Below are positions 1-10,458 of a stretch of DNA of 64,000 bases, piece after piece. This DNA comes from Candidatus Latescibacterota bacterium. Its GTDB lineage: Bacteria > Latescibacterota > UBA2968. The stretch's first letter is position 1; the number at the start of each line of letters is the position of its first letter. Made by a program: the position numbers and the translations under genes. Under the pieces are notes generated by a model. It saw only the letters and a list, made by a program, of their open reading frames with translations. It was not told the DNA's origin and ran no database searches. The stretch covers positions 5,696,001 to 5,760,000 of the forward strand of contig OZ240241.1 of assembly GCA_965198115.1 (NCBI GenBank), read 5' to 3'.

Positions 1-415
1 CGAGAATCCGGCTCGTTTCCTCATCCGTGCGTGACACGAGGTCGTAGATCAGTTCGGACACCATCTGGGTGCTGCCGATCTCCGAGGCGTGGAGACCCAT
101 CGACTGGAGGATAATGGCTTTGCCCTCGCTGGCGCACTGCCGGATCGCTTCATCGGACGCTCCCCTGGGATCCTTGATTCGGTGGTTCAGTTCTCGTAGG
201 TGATCAAGCTGGGCGAGGTTGTCAGGCGATGAGACGATGGCGAACAGGAAGGGATGGCCTTCCGTCGAAGGCCCCATGTCGATGACCTGAAGTCGGCCGC
301 TCTGGCCAGCGAGTTCGTTGAGGTAGTCGACGATGCGGTCCCAGCGCGCCATCTTCTGGTCGGCGCCCAGCTGGTGACTGAAGAATGATTCGGGGGTGGT
401 GATGGATTGGGTCAT
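1..415 (-). CDS. M14-family zinc carboxypeptidase, N-terminal part (runs off window)
   Basis: Manual translation from ATG at 415: MTQSITTPESFFSHQLGADQKMARWDRIVDYL...GPSTEGHP...MGLHASEIG (HxxE Zn motif); absent from the ORF track because it is open at the edge. Confidence 0.8.
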   Translation of the reverse strand, partial: MTQSITTPESFFSHQLGADQKMARWDRIVDYLNELAGQSGRLQVIDMGPSTEGHPFLFAIVSSPDNLAQLDHLRELNHRIKDPRGASDEAIRQCASEGKAIILQSMGLHASEIGSTQMVSELIYDLVSRTDEETSRIL

Positions 416-462
416 GAAGGACTTCCTTGTTTCTGCGACTGAATGCCGACAGGTGTGTCAGA

Positions 463-571
463 CGTTCCCAGGCGGCCTCGGAACGAGGAGGGCTTGGAGA
501 TCGCCTGGAGGACTGGAAAGTATTCACGCCTCTCCGCAGGAATCCTGGTTCCCAGGCTCTGCCTGGGAACC
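463..571. repeat. REP-like palindrome pair GTTCCCAGGC..CCTGGGAAC (related copy at 61607-61629)
   Basis: cgttcccaggcggcctcggaacg at 463 and ggttcccaggctctgcctgggaacc at 547. Confidence 0.6.
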
Positions 572-627
572 TAAGCGGAGGTGCTTACACCGGCGAGATC
601 ACGAGGGCGCCGTGTTGCCTGACAACG

Positions 628-1425
628 CTATACACGCCCTTCGAATTCCTTCCCACGTATCAGCATAAATCGAAATTCACCGGGCGGCTTCTCACACTCC
701 GTCGTCAGTCGGTTCTCTTCGTCCCTGGCGCCGAGATAGAGGGTCTCCGACCGGATGTAGTGAAGCGCCAGTCCTCGACGCCGATTGGGTGTCGGGTTAG
801 CGCCGGTTCGATGAAAGTTCAATCCGTGATGGAACATGCAGTGCCCGGCTGGAAGCTCAACAGCGACGGGATCCGGGATCAGTGAGCTTTCCAAGAAAGC
901 AGGCTTCCAGTTCCGCTCGATAGGTCCCCACTTATGGCTGCCGGGCAGCACAGTCATGCAGCCGTTCTCGATCGTCGCGTCATCGAGGGCGACCCAGCAG
1001 CTGACGTGACCTTGAGGGGCGAACTGAGGCCACGCGACGGAGTCCTGATGCCAGTGGGTAATGGTACCGTTGAAGCGGGGCTTCATCATCAGCTGATCGC
1101 AGTAGAACTTGATGTTGGGTCCCAGCAGGTCTTCGATGACGTCCACGATCTCCGCCTTCCGAGCGACAACTTCGAACAGATCGTCGAAGTAGCAGAGATG
1201 CGTCATCTTGCGAACCTGGTCGAGCCGATCCTGATTCGGGTCCGGTGTCTCACGGAAGGCGCCTTCCAGCTGGATATATCGCTCCGGAACGTGGTCGACG
1301 TCCCTTGCGATGATGTCCTCTGAACGTTGCCTCAGCCCGACGAGCTCTTCATCCGAGAGCACACGTCCATACGACAGGTATCCGTTCTCTTCGAAGAACA
1401 TCTTCTGTTTGTCCGAAAGAGCCAT
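628..1425 (-). CDS. Phytanoyl-CoA dioxygenase (PhyH) family Fe(II)/2OG dioxygenase
   Basis: HQD...WVALDDATIENGC...PGSH...H motifs; likely start MALSDKQK at 1425. Confidence 0.9.
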   Translation of the reverse strand: MALSDKQKMFFEENGYLSYGRVLSDEELVGLRQRSEDIIARDVDHVPERYIQLEGAFRETPDPNQDRLDQVRKMTHLCYFDDLFEVVARKAEIVDVIEDLLGPNIKFYCDQLMMKPRFNGTITHWHQDSVAWPQFAPQGHVSCWVALDDATIENGCMTVLPGSHKWGPIERNWKPAFLESSLIPDPVAVELPAGHCMFHHGLNFHRTGANPTPNRRRGLALHYIRSETLYLGARDEENRLTTECEKPPGEFRFMLIRGKEFEGRV

Positions 1426-1525
1426 GGTGATCCTCATACACATTGGCGATGGAGGTTTCTGACCCTGACCTCCGACCGCTGTATGGCGCTCAGCGCCGCG
1501 GTAGCTTTCCCGGGTAAAGTCTTGC

Positions 1526-4221
1526 ATGATTCCACGCGCGCCAACCGAAATCGGCGTCGATTCGAACCCCTGCTTGCTCCAGCCAAGGTCCGTCCAGAGG
1601 CAAATCGTGCTGAATCGTCTGCTCCAGGAGTTCTACCAGTCACCCAACAACGGAAAGCAGATCGCCAGACTGAATGACGAGGCGCGCCTGCTGGTGACGC
1701 ATTCGGAGATTTCTGGCACTTGTGAAATCGGTGTACGGGCGGTCTCTGCGAGCCGAGTAGATGATCTCACAGAACTGACCGGAGGGTTCGATCTCGTCGG
1801 TCGCCATAGCTGCATCGGTAGTGATCAACGAGGATTCGGGGGCTGCGTCCTGACAGACGACGACGAGCGCGTTCACGTAGCGTGGACGACGCCCAGGGGG
1901 ATTCGCCACACGCACGCTCACGGCCCGGCCGCTATGGACCCGAGTGCCTGGTCGCAGCCGGAATATGCAGTCCCCGGCGACGCGTGGCTTGGGGACTTCC
2001 TCCGGATTGGAGATTGGTCCTTTCTTCTATATCGAGTCGCCGATGGAATTGGGCTCGCCATCCTGCAAGAAGGGTGTTGGACTTCGCGCGACCTGTGGGA
2101 GGTCGGGCCCGTGTGGCCTCCTGTCGGAGTCGTCGACGACAAACAGTGCGTTCACATCGTGTGGGGAGACGCTGCGGGAACGCTTTGGTACGGAATGACA
2201 TCCCTGGGTGAAGCGCAGGGTGCGCCCCAGCGGGTCAGTCTGCAGGGGCAGCAACCGTCCATCGCGGTGGTCGGAGATCGTGTCCTGGTCGTCTATGAGG
2301 ACCGGCTCTCCCATATCCACTACCTCACACTCCGCGATGGAGAAGTCGTTGATCAAGGACCGATTACGTGGCGAAATCCGTGGTTTATGGGGGACCTGGT
2401 TCATTCACCCCAACTATCCACGGATCGACACGGTGTGGTCTGGTGTTTTTTCGCGGACAACACACGTCGGTCCACGTTCTGGACTCGATGGATGGGAGAA
2501 GGATTCGGTGAGACCTACAACGGACCCCGAATCCACTACCGTTCACCCCACTATGACTGGAACCTGCTGCCGGTCGGTCGACTGAGCGTGGAGAAAACGA
2601 GCGAGGGAGGTGAGCTGGGGATGGTGTTGGGGCTCGAACGTCCCCTGAAGGGTCAATCGTTTCGCAGCGTTCCGGTGCCGGGTCATCCGTCCGAGGCCGG
2701 ATGCAAGGTTCTCTTCCTTGATGGTTTGGAAATGAGTGAGATAAAGGGCGTCGATCTGAGGGTCGAGGAGGCACAACGGCACGGTGGAAACCCGCTTCTC
2801 GACGTCGGGCCCGAAGGTTCTTTCGACAGTGACAGGGTCTTCAACCACGGGACGGTGCTCAGAGGTGGCAGCGGGTATCGAATGTGGTACGGGGCCATTC
2901 ACGAGCCTTTGCCTGGCGAGCAGCCGGCAGGTAACGCCAATCCCAACGACGAAGACCGAACGAATCCTCAGAGTGTGCCCTGGTGGGACACGATCACGTG
3001 CGGTTATGCGGAGAGTTCAGATGGCGTCGACTGGGAGCGCAGTCGTCTTGGTCTCGTGGAGTGGAAGGGATCGAAGGACAACAATCTTGTGCCACACCTC
3101 CGTCACGCGCCACTCATGATTCGGGATGACAGCGACCCGGATCCCGATCGTCGTTACAAGTCGCTCTACGTGTGGAATTCCGGTGAAATGTGTGAGATGG
3201 CTGCATTCGGGAAATACGAAGTCGAATACGACCTGCGTGATGAGTACTTCCCGGCGATCCTGTTCACATCGCCCGATGGGATCGACCTGACACCGCAGGA
3301 AGCGCGCGTGGTTTTCAAGGAGGGCGAGGCCAAACCCTTCTCGATCATTCCACAGTCGCTTTTCCGAGATGACGCAGAGCCCGATCCCGCAAAGCGATGG
3401 AAGGCCTACGGATTCACCTCGCTGAACCTTCGCCGGCGGGGGACGGCCCTGATCTACAGTGAAGACCTGCTGACGTGGTACGCGCATTCGGAGAATCCGA
3501 TTCTCGATCCATCGGTGCGCGGGACTCCGGCCGTGGTCGGTGGTCCTGAGTGCCAGATTCACGACACGGTCGTCTTTCCATACGTGGGCTACTACCTTGC
3601 ACTCTACCAGTATCAGCACAACTCTGAAATTCTGGATGTCGAGCTCGCGATGAGCCGGGACAGCGAGACATTCGTTCACGTCCAGCCGGGATCGAAGATT
3701 CTCCCACTGGGACAAGAAGCGTGGGAATCAGAGCATCTATTCCCGACCGTTCCAGTGATGGACGAAGAAGAGGTACGCATTTACTACGGCGGTGGACGAA
3801 TGATCGACGTACCATTGGACCAGCAAAAGCGACTCGGGAAACGATCGCTCAAGGTGCTGCCTGGTCTGGCGACGCTTCGAACGGACGGATTCACGTCTGT
3901 CGGCATGAAAGCCGCGGGTCAGGGGAGTTTGACGACCTTGCCGTTCCAGCTGGAGGAGCCGTGCCAGCTCAGGCTCAACGCGAATTGTAGAGCCGATTGC
4001 TCGATCGTTGTCGAGGTTCTGGAGCCAGTAGCGACGACGCCGATGGACGGATACTCGATCGAGGACGGAGTTCCCGTCACGGAAGATGCCATCGCTTTCG
4101 CGGTGCGGTGGCGCGAATCAAAAGATCTCCCGATCGGCGTCTGATGCGACTGCGCTTTCATTTAAGAGGCGATAAATCATCGCCGCGGCTATACAGCTAT
4201 TCCTTCGACCGTTCCGCGTAA
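1526..4221 (+). CDS. Large hypothetical protein with beta-propeller glycoside-hydrolase-like C-terminal region; frameshift near 4130
   Basis: YRMWY, YAESSDGVDW, ENPIL, LAMSRD, GLATLRTDGF motifs; typical C-terminus RLRFHLRG..RLYSY lies in another frame (to 4221). Confidence 0.7.
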
Positions 4222-4240
4222 CACGACAGCAGAGGACACG

Positions 4241-5395
4241 ATGAAGACCTATCGAGTAGCGATTCTGGGGTGTCGAGCCAGGGGCACCCAACAGGGACAC
4301 GCGTATAAAGCCCACCCACGAACCGAGATCGTGGGGATGTGCGATCTCGTCCAGGAGCGGCTTGACGCGCTGGGTGACGAGCTGGATGTGAGAGACCGCT
4401 TCACCGACCTGGACGAGATGATCGACAAAACTCAGCCTGATATTGTTGCCATTCCGACCGGTACGGAGTTTCACCACGAGCTGGCCATGCGCGTGTTGGA
4501 ACACGGCGTGCACATCGACATCGAAAAGCCACTCTGTACGAGTTTGGATCAGGCTGATGAGGTGGTAGCGAAGGCGAAGGAGAAAGGCGTGGAAATCGCC
4601 GTTCACCATCAAGGCCGGGTTGGTGCGGGGGTAGTGGCGGCCCACAAGGCGTATGAGGAGGGTCGCATCGGCAAGCTCCTCTACATCTACACGCGGGACA
4701 AGGGCTACTACGGTGGGCTTGGCATCATGAACATCGCGACGCACAAGGTGAACACGATGCTCAAGTTCGCCGGTCACGTACGCAGCGTGTCTACCGTGGC
4801 GACGACGGATGGCCATTTGGTCAGACCCGAAGACGCGGTGACCTCGCCTCTGGGCATGGGGCCGATCACAGGCGAATACATTACGGCGACGTTGCAGTTC
4901 GACGACGATGTGGCCGGAGGACTCCTCCAGCACCGGCTGCCAAAGATCGATACGAAGCTTTCGGCGATCGAGCTGTTCGGGACCGAGGGGCGGATGATCG
5001 TTCGCTGGGAAGCTGCGTGGCTGTTGCCCAACGCCCATTTCATCCCCGGTGAGGGCGACGTGTGGGAACCGATCGATCTGATCATTCCGGAGGGCTTCGA
5101 CCCCGATGGCGACGCCCTGCTCGACGAATTCTGCTACGTGGATGAATATGTCAAGGCACTGGATGAGGGTCGCTCCCACGAGTGCAGTGGCGCGGAGGGG
5201 TTGCACGTCATCGAGGTTCTGATGGGGGTCTTCGAGTCAGCCGCATATGGGAGACGAGTCGAGCTGCCACAGGAGAATCGGAGGCATCCGTTGCTCCGGT
5301 GGCGGAAGGAAAACGGGCTCGGCGAGCCGGACCCGGTTGTAAGAGATCACCGCGATTGGGCAGTCGATGAGGATAGGCGATTGGGGCGCATCTGA
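4241..5395 (+). CDS. Gfo/Idh/MocA family oxidoreductase
   Basis: N-terminal Rossmann (VAILGC), EKP motif. Confidence 0.9.
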   Translation: MKTYRVAILGCRARGTQQGHAYKAHPRTEIVGMCDLVQERLDALGDELDVRDRFTDLDEMIDKTQPDIVAIPTGTEFHHELAMRVLEHGVHIDIEKPLCTSLDQADEVVAKAKEKGVEIAVHHQGRVGAGVVAAHKAYEEGRIGKLLYIYTRDKGYYGGLGIMNIATHKVNTMLKFAGHVRSVSTVATTDGHLVRPEDAVTSPLGMGPITGEYITATLQFDDDVAGGLLQHRLPKIDTKLSAIELFGTEGRMIVRWEAAWLLPNAHFIPGEGDVWEPIDLIIPEGFDPDGDALLDEFCYVDEYVKALDEGRSHECSGAEGLHVIEVLMGVFESAAYGRRVELPQENRRHPLLRWRKENGLGEPDPVVRDHRDWAVDEDRRLGRI

Positions 5396-5397
5396 CC

Positions 5398-6489
5398 GTG
5401 GGTCGGTATCGCGCCGCCGTGATCGGTTTGGGTTGGATGGGACTTCTGTCCGACCTGGGACATCGTCCGAAGGACCGCTATGACGTGGACGACGTCGACC
5501 GTCCGACGCCGGAGCTGGATGTCCACCGGCAGTTTCATTTCCACGAGGGTGCCGGAGAAATAGACGTCCCACACAGCTGGGCGGAGGTGATGAATCTCCG
5601 GCCCGATGTGGACCTTGTGGCGGGTGCCGAACGCGATCCGAAACGGCTGAAGGTATTCAGGGAACGATACGGGATCGACAAGGTCTACTGCTGCGCTGAA
5701 GAATTGCTGAGGAAAGAGCAGATCGATGTGGTGGCGATCGCGACGAACACGAAAGGGCGGGCTGATCTGACGTGCCTGGCCGTCGAGTGTGGTGTGAAGG
5801 CGATCGCGATCGAAAAACCGATGGCCCACACGCTCGATGAAGCGGACCGGATGGTGCGGGTATGTGCCGACGCGGATGTTCCGCTTTGCTGTGGCGCCAT
5901 CCCGGTCAATCACCCCTCCTACGGATCCGCCAAGGAGCTGATCCAGCGAGGTGAGGTAGGCGAGATCCTATCGATCGAGGCCGAGGCGCCGGCGGCGCAG
6001 AAACAGAATTGGTCCTTCTTTGTCGACAGCCCGCCGGCCTGGGTCGTCGGCAGTCAGGATGGCGAACGGAGGGAATCGGGCAGCGACGAGTTCGCCGGCC
6101 AAGGGATGATGGTGACGGTCGACGGGGACATCGTGTTCTTCCGAAAGAGCGCAGGTCTATTGCGAGTGACGGGGACCGAGGGCGAGATCACGCTCGACAG
6201 AGGATGGCGCCTCTGGAAAGACTTGGAGACATCAGGCCGCAAGCAGCGAGTCGAAATGGAATGGCCGGGGCTGCGACTGGCGCCAGGCTACAACGCGGTT
6301 TACGGTCTGGCGGATCTGATCGATTGCCTAGAGGGGAAACTCGACGAGCCGAAGAACTCCGGTCGTCGCGTGGCGATCGCCCTGGAGGTCGAGCTTGCGC
6401 TCAAGCAATCCTCGGCCGAGGGTGGTGTTCGTGTCGACATGCCGTTGACGGATCGATCCGCCGGTTTGCAGTATGACTGGTTCAGGTAG
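5398..6489 (+). CDS. Gfo/Idh/MocA family oxidoreductase
   Basis: AVIGLGWMG, EKPMA motif. Confidence 0.88.
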   Translation: MGRYRAAVIGLGWMGLLSDLGHRPKDRYDVDDVDRPTPELDVHRQFHFHEGAGEIDVPHSWAEVMNLRPDVDLVAGAERDPKRLKVFRERYGIDKVYCCAEELLRKEQIDVVAIATNTKGRADLTCLAVECGVKAIAIEKPMAHTLDEADRMVRVCADADVPLCCGAIPVNHPSYGSAKELIQRGEVGEILSIEAEAPAAQKQNWSFFVDSPPAWVVGSQDGERRESGSDEFAGQGMMVTVDGDIVFFRKSAGLLRVTGTEGEITLDRGWRLWKDLETSGRKQRVEMEWPGLRLAPGYNAVYGLADLIDCLEGKLDEPKNSGRRVAIALEVELALKQSSAEGGVRVDMPLTDRSAGLQYDWFR

Positions 6490-6495
6490 CGTGAG

Positions 6496-7449
6496 ATGAA
6501 ACACTTCCAAGTTGAGATGGGTGACATTCGGGTTCCGGCCGGCTGGACAGACGACCCGGAGCGTCTTCTTCAGGTGGGTTGGAAGGGCCAACCGATCACT
6601 GGGTTCTGTCAATCATCTCGGCGCTGTTACGTCTATCCCGTGATGACACCGGCCGGCGTCTGCGTAACGAACGAACGTCCCACGAGCGACCACGCTTTTC
6701 ACCAGTCGGTGACTGTTGGGAACGATTATTTCTTCACGTATCAGACTTCCAACGCCGGACGCTTCGAAGACCCCGGTATGTGTTTCTACACGAACGAGGT
6801 CGACATGCGGGGTCGTGGTGAAGGGCGGATCGTGGCAACCGTTCACAACGAGGCGACCGAGCTGGGTGAATCGCATCTCGAGTTCATCGTGCGGATGCAA
6901 TGGCAGGGGGCCGAAGAAGGCTACGCGCCGAAATATCGACGGGTGGTGGGTGAAGAGATGCGGACGATGAGTGTCTTTCCAGGAGAGACCGCCAACGTGA
7001 TCGATGTTCGGTCGCAGCTTCGGCCGACGGATCGGGACATCCGGCTCGGTCCGTCCAGGCACGGATATTTTACGATTCGTGTAGCCGACCATCTCCGGGT
7101 GGTCGATCCGAGCGGGAAACCGCAGGGCGGACGCCTAATCGATTCGGAGGGACGCGTCGATGACGAAGTCGGCTGGCAGCACGCCGACTGGGTCGACTAC
7201 TCAGGGACGGACTCGGAGGGTCGAACAGCAGGCTTGGCGGTCTTCCAATTTCCGACGCTCGGTAACTCCGCGTGGTATGCGGCAACCTATGGAACAATCC
7301 GCGTGAACCCATTTCGTAAAGGTGCGACGTTCATCAACCGAGGTGAGGAAGTGGATCTGGCCATACGCGTCGTCGCGCACGATGGGGATCCGAACGAAGC
7401 GGGTGTGGCGGAGCTTTACGCGGCGTTTAGGGAGGAAATAGGGACGTAA
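6496..7449 (+). CDS. DUF6807 / 'PmoA-like' hypothetical protein
   Basis: YVYPVMTPAG..VT..DHAFH and ADWVDYSG motifs; family commonly found next to Gfo/Idh/MocA genes. Confidence 0.65.
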   Translation: MKHFQVEMGDIRVPAGWTDDPERLLQVGWKGQPITGFCQSSRRCYVYPVMTPAGVCVTNERPTSDHAFHQSVTVGNDYFFTYQTSNAGRFEDPGMCFYTNEVDMRGRGEGRIVATVHNEATELGESHLEFIVRMQWQGAEEGYAPKYRRVVGEEMRTMSVFPGETANVIDVRSQLRPTDRDIRLGPSRHGYFTIRVADHLRVVDPSGKPQGGRLIDSEGRVDDEVGWQHADWVDYSGTDSEGRTAGLAVFQFPTLGNSAWYAATYGTIRVNPFRKGATFINRGEEVDLAIRVVAHDGDPNEAGVAELYAAFREEIGT

Positions 7450-7467
7450 GGGTTCGCGAATAAATAA

Positions 7468-8887
7468 GGCTATATCCGGATCTCTCAACGAGATGAAGTG
7501 GGTGAAGGTGCCGTGGTTCCTGGCATGGGGGCGCGGTTAGAGTGTGCGGAACCTCTTCGGAATCTGCTCAGGGATGTTTATGTCTCCGACGGTAAGGAAG
7601 ATCATATCGTTGAATGCGTCGAGTGTGCGGAATCCGCTGGCTCGGTTCTTGACGATTTGGACGATTCGGTTGAGGCCTTCGGCGATGGCGTTGGTAAGAC
7701 GCGTGTTCACGAATGCGAGGACGCCGAAGAAGTGCTGTCGCAGGGTCCTGACGAACTTTCGCAGGGGTTCAAGTCGACTTCTGAGTGCGGACGTCGTCCA
7801 GCATTTCAGGAAGCGTTCGGCAGCCCAGGGCGCTTTGTATTCCCAGAACTGCTCGAACTCGTCCTTGAGTCTCCAGGCTCTATAGATTCGGTAGTTCGCC
7901 TTCTCCAGTGCTTTGAGTGTCCGAGTATCCCCTCTGGAGCGTGTCGCTGAGTGCCGGTAGAGGAGCCATCGGAGGCCCTTCATGGCTTTGCGCTCATCCG
8001 GGGCAGCTTTACGCCACTGGTCCTTACGGACCTCGTCAACGGCAGCATTGAGAGCCTTGACGATGTGAAAGCGATCGAGGACCAGCTTGGCATTCGGACA
8101 GTGTTCCTGGATGGCTCCGATGTAAGCTTCGCTCATGTCGCAGCAGGCCCACTCGATCTTGGATCTCCGGTAGGGACTGAGAGCCTCTGTGAAGAACCGA
8201 TCGATCGTTTTACGCGCCCTGCCGCGGCCAACCCACACCACGCAGGAGCGGTCCAGATCGTAAACGAGCGTGGCGTACCTGTGACGCTTGGCGTAGGAGA
8301 TCTCGTCGATCCCGATGGTTTTGAGCCCTCGGATACGATGACCTTCACGAAGCCGCGTGATGGATCGGTGAAGGAGATCCGACAGCGTCGAGGCAGAGAT
8401 GCGCAGTAACTCGGACGCCGCCTTCTGCGTCATGGTCTGGCAGTAGCGCAGCATGGCATACTCGAAGCGATACGTCACCCGAGAGAACCGCTCCGCCCAC
8501 GGAATCTCCTCGACCACACGACCGTGGGTAGGACACCGAATCTCCCGAGGATGGTAGAGAAGCCAGACCCTCCACCCGCACACCGGAATGTCACGCCACC
8601 GACGCGGATGGGGCATTGTGCGGACGATTTTACCTCGACGGCCGCACTCTGGACAACAACAACCATTCTTATGTGGCTTTACGGCGATGACGAAACAGCT
8701 TCTCCCCTCAAACCACCAGCTGACAACACGGAACCCCTTGAATCTCAGCAGTTTCGATAGTAATCTGCTCCCGGTCATAGGTCGCACCCCCTTCGCTTTG
8801 ATTGTCCTACACACACAACCAAGCGTAGGGAACGATCTATGACCTTGTCATTCTATAGTTTCACCGTTGAGAAACCCGGATAGAGCC
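7468..8887 (-). mobile_element. ISL3-family IS
   Basis: IRs ggctatatccggatctctcaacg / cgttgagaaacccggatagagcc; 8-bp TSD ATAAATAA at 7460-7467 and 8888-8895. Confidence 0.93.
7537..8814 (-). CDS. ISL3-family transposase
   Basis: CPECG zinc finger, IGIDE, CDM, DRFHIV, TNAIAEGLN. Confidence 0.93.
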   Translation of the reverse strand: MCRTIKAKGVRPMTGSRLLSKLLRFKGFRVVSWWFEGRSCFVIAVKPHKNGCCCPECGRRGKIVRTMPHPRRWRDIPVCGWRVWLLYHPREIRCPTHGRVVEEIPWAERFSRVTYRFEYAMLRYCQTMTQKAASELLRISASTLSDLLHRSITRLREGHRIRGLKTIGIDEISYAKRHRYATLVYDLDRSCVVWVGRGRARKTIDRFFTEALSPYRRSKIEWACCDMSEAYIGAIQEHCPNAKLVLDRFHIVKALNAAVDEVRKDQWRKAAPDERKAMKGLRWLLYRHSATRSRGDTRTLKALEKANYRIYRAWRLKDEFEQFWEYKAPWAAERFLKCWTTSALRSRLEPLRKFVRTLRQHFFGVLAFVNTRLTNAIAEGLNRIVQIVKNRASGFRTLDAFNDMIFLTVGDINIPEQIPKRFRTL

Positions 8888-8905
8888 ATAAATAAACGGT
8901 CGATC

Positions 8906-10111
8906 TCAATGTTGAGCCATTGGCCGGATCGTGTAGTTCCAGTCGCCGTGGAAATCGTGCGGAGTGAGATCGATTTGGGTCATCTGTTCATCGGTCACCT
9001 TGACCCCGTTAGGGTAGGGTCGCTTGTCGATCTCGGAGCGTACTCGGAGACCGGCTTGAGTGGTCGTTCCGGCAATGAGATTCACGGTTGCAGCCAGGCT
9101 GACCAGGGGCTTGCCTCGCCAGTTCATAGCGATGAAGGAGAACAGGCGATGTTCGATCTTGTTCCACTTACTAGTGCCAGGAGGGTAGTGGCATACGGTG
9201 ATCGTCAGGCCAGTGCGATTCGCAAAGCGCTGCAGCTCCCACTTCCACAGCCGCGTCTTGGCACCGTTGCTGCCGCCTGCGTCCGCCGTGATTAGCAGAT
9301 GCGTCGAAGTGCCGTAGGCGGGCCGTCCCATGTTCTTCCACCAACTTCGGATCGCATTCACGGCGAAGCTGGCCGTGTCGTGATCGATACCGACACTTAC
9401 CCAGCCTTCATCACGGCTCAGATCATACACTCCATAAGGGATCGCCTTGCCCTGAGCAGGCACTATGAAATCGTGTACCTTCACACGCTCCGGGTCTCCC
9501 TTGGGTCGCCATTCTCGGCCAGGATTCTTGAAGTCGCCGATCAACTCTTTCTTCTTGGTGTCCACCGAGATAACGGGAAGGCCCTGCTGCTGCTGGCTAA
9601 TCCGATCATCGAGGTAAACGAACTGAGCGTCCCGATCCGGGTGTGCAGATCCCTCCCTTGTCTTCCGATTCGCCTGCAGCGTGTAATCGTGTTCGTGCAG
9701 GAGATTGGCAACGATCCTGGGGCTCACCGAATGCCCCATCGCTTGCAACTCGGCGGCCAGTTTGCGAGTGCTCTTCGATGTCCATCTCAGAGGATTGTCG
9801 TCAGGCGACCCCGCAGTCGTTGGCTCGACCAGATCATTCAGGTCCTGCCACAGCGTCGGGTCCGTGTCGGCCTTCCGCTTACGACCGCCGCCTGGACGCC
9901 GGATGCGAGCCGGGTCCAAAGGTTCGTCCGACCTCAACTCCTGAATGCCACGAAAGATCCGCTCTCTGGACATTCCTGTCGCCAGAGCCACAATCGCGAT
10001 CCCACCGTGACCCAACGCTTCGGCTTCCGTGGCGGCCCACAGACGACGCGTGCGTTCCGTCAGCACCGGAGCCAAGGCTTCATACTTCGTTCGGAGAGTT
10101 TCGACGTCCAC
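8906..10111 (-). CDS. ISAzo13-family transposase
   Basis: LRWTSKS, HPDRDAQF, ISVDTKKKELIG, ADAGGSN, PGTSKWNKIEHRLF. Confidence 0.95.
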   Translation of the reverse strand: MDVETLRTKYEALAPVLTERTRRLWAATEAEALGHGGIAIVALATGMSRERIFRGIQELRSDEPLDPARIRRPGGGRKRKADTDPTLWQDLNDLVEPTTAGSPDDNPLRWTSKSTRKLAAELQAMGHSVSPRIVANLLHEHDYTLQANRKTREGSAHPDRDAQFVYLDDRISQQQQGLPVISVDTKKKELIGDFKNPGREWRPKGDPERVKVHDFIVPAQGKAIPYGVYDLSRDEGWVSVGIDHDTASFAVNAIRSWWKNMGRPAYGTSTHLLITADAGGSNGAKTRLWKWELQRFANRTGLTITVCHYPPGTSKWNKIEHRLFSFIAMNWRGKPLVSLAATVNLIAGTTTQAGLRVRSEIDKRPYPNGVKVTDEQMTQIDLTPHDFHGDWNYTIRPMAQH

Positions 10112-10183
10112 ACTCCGAGCGTAAGATCATTACCTTGAAAAGTGCAGCACTTATTTCGTGGCAAACCCTAAGAGGCGAAGGTA

Positions 10184-10313
10184 TTGTCATCCCAGCGGCT
10201 TTTGCCCGGGGATCCATTCTCCGGCCGGCATCAGAAACGGGAGTGCGAAAATCAGAGTGGACCCCCCTTCGACAAGCTCAGGACAGGCGGCTAAGAAGCG
10301 TACCGGGGCGACA
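10184..10313 (-). repeat. REPIN family A (TGTCA-terminated paired hairpins), with a 23-nt insertion
   Basis: Reverse-orientation copy of the tgtcaccccggtacgcttct...gccgggatgaca element seen at 29888, 51938, 55961, 57327. Confidence 0.8.
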
Positions 10314-10354
10314 TTGTCTTCGTGAGAAGGTGTGAAGTTGCCTTGTTGTCGAAT

Positions 10355-10405
10355 TAGCCCGCTTTAGCGGGCTTTGCTGCCTTAGCGTGGGGCTTTAGCC
10401 CCACG
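10355..10405. repeat. REP cluster family F (gcccgctttagcgggc / cgtggggctttagccccacg)
   Basis: Same palindromes at 11279-11415 and 12347-12462. Confidence 0.8.
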
Positions 10406-10458
10406 TACCGGGGTGACAGTGTATTTTTCATTGACCCACCACACAGACAGGATCTGAC

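Larger units (their letters stand above)
7450..10168 (-). mobile_element. ISAzo13-family IS (interrupted by ISL3 in its terminal IR)
   Basis: Imperfect IRs gggttcgcgaataaataa / ttatttcgtggcaaaccc; TAA duplicated at 7447-7449 and 10169-10171. Confidence 0.85.

Noticed and set aside
4142-4144. TGA as possible selenocysteine codon (also 39961)
   Set aside because: Homologous sequence continues in a different frame, so these are frameshifts
4118-5206. Long antisense ORFs (also 20446-22032, 26812-27942, 44062-45300)
   Set aside because: Shadows of real genes on the opposite strand in GC-rich DNA; no motifs
6496-7449. PmoA-like label suggesting methane oxidation
   Set aside because: Soluble protein without TM helices and no pmoCB; the family name is misleading
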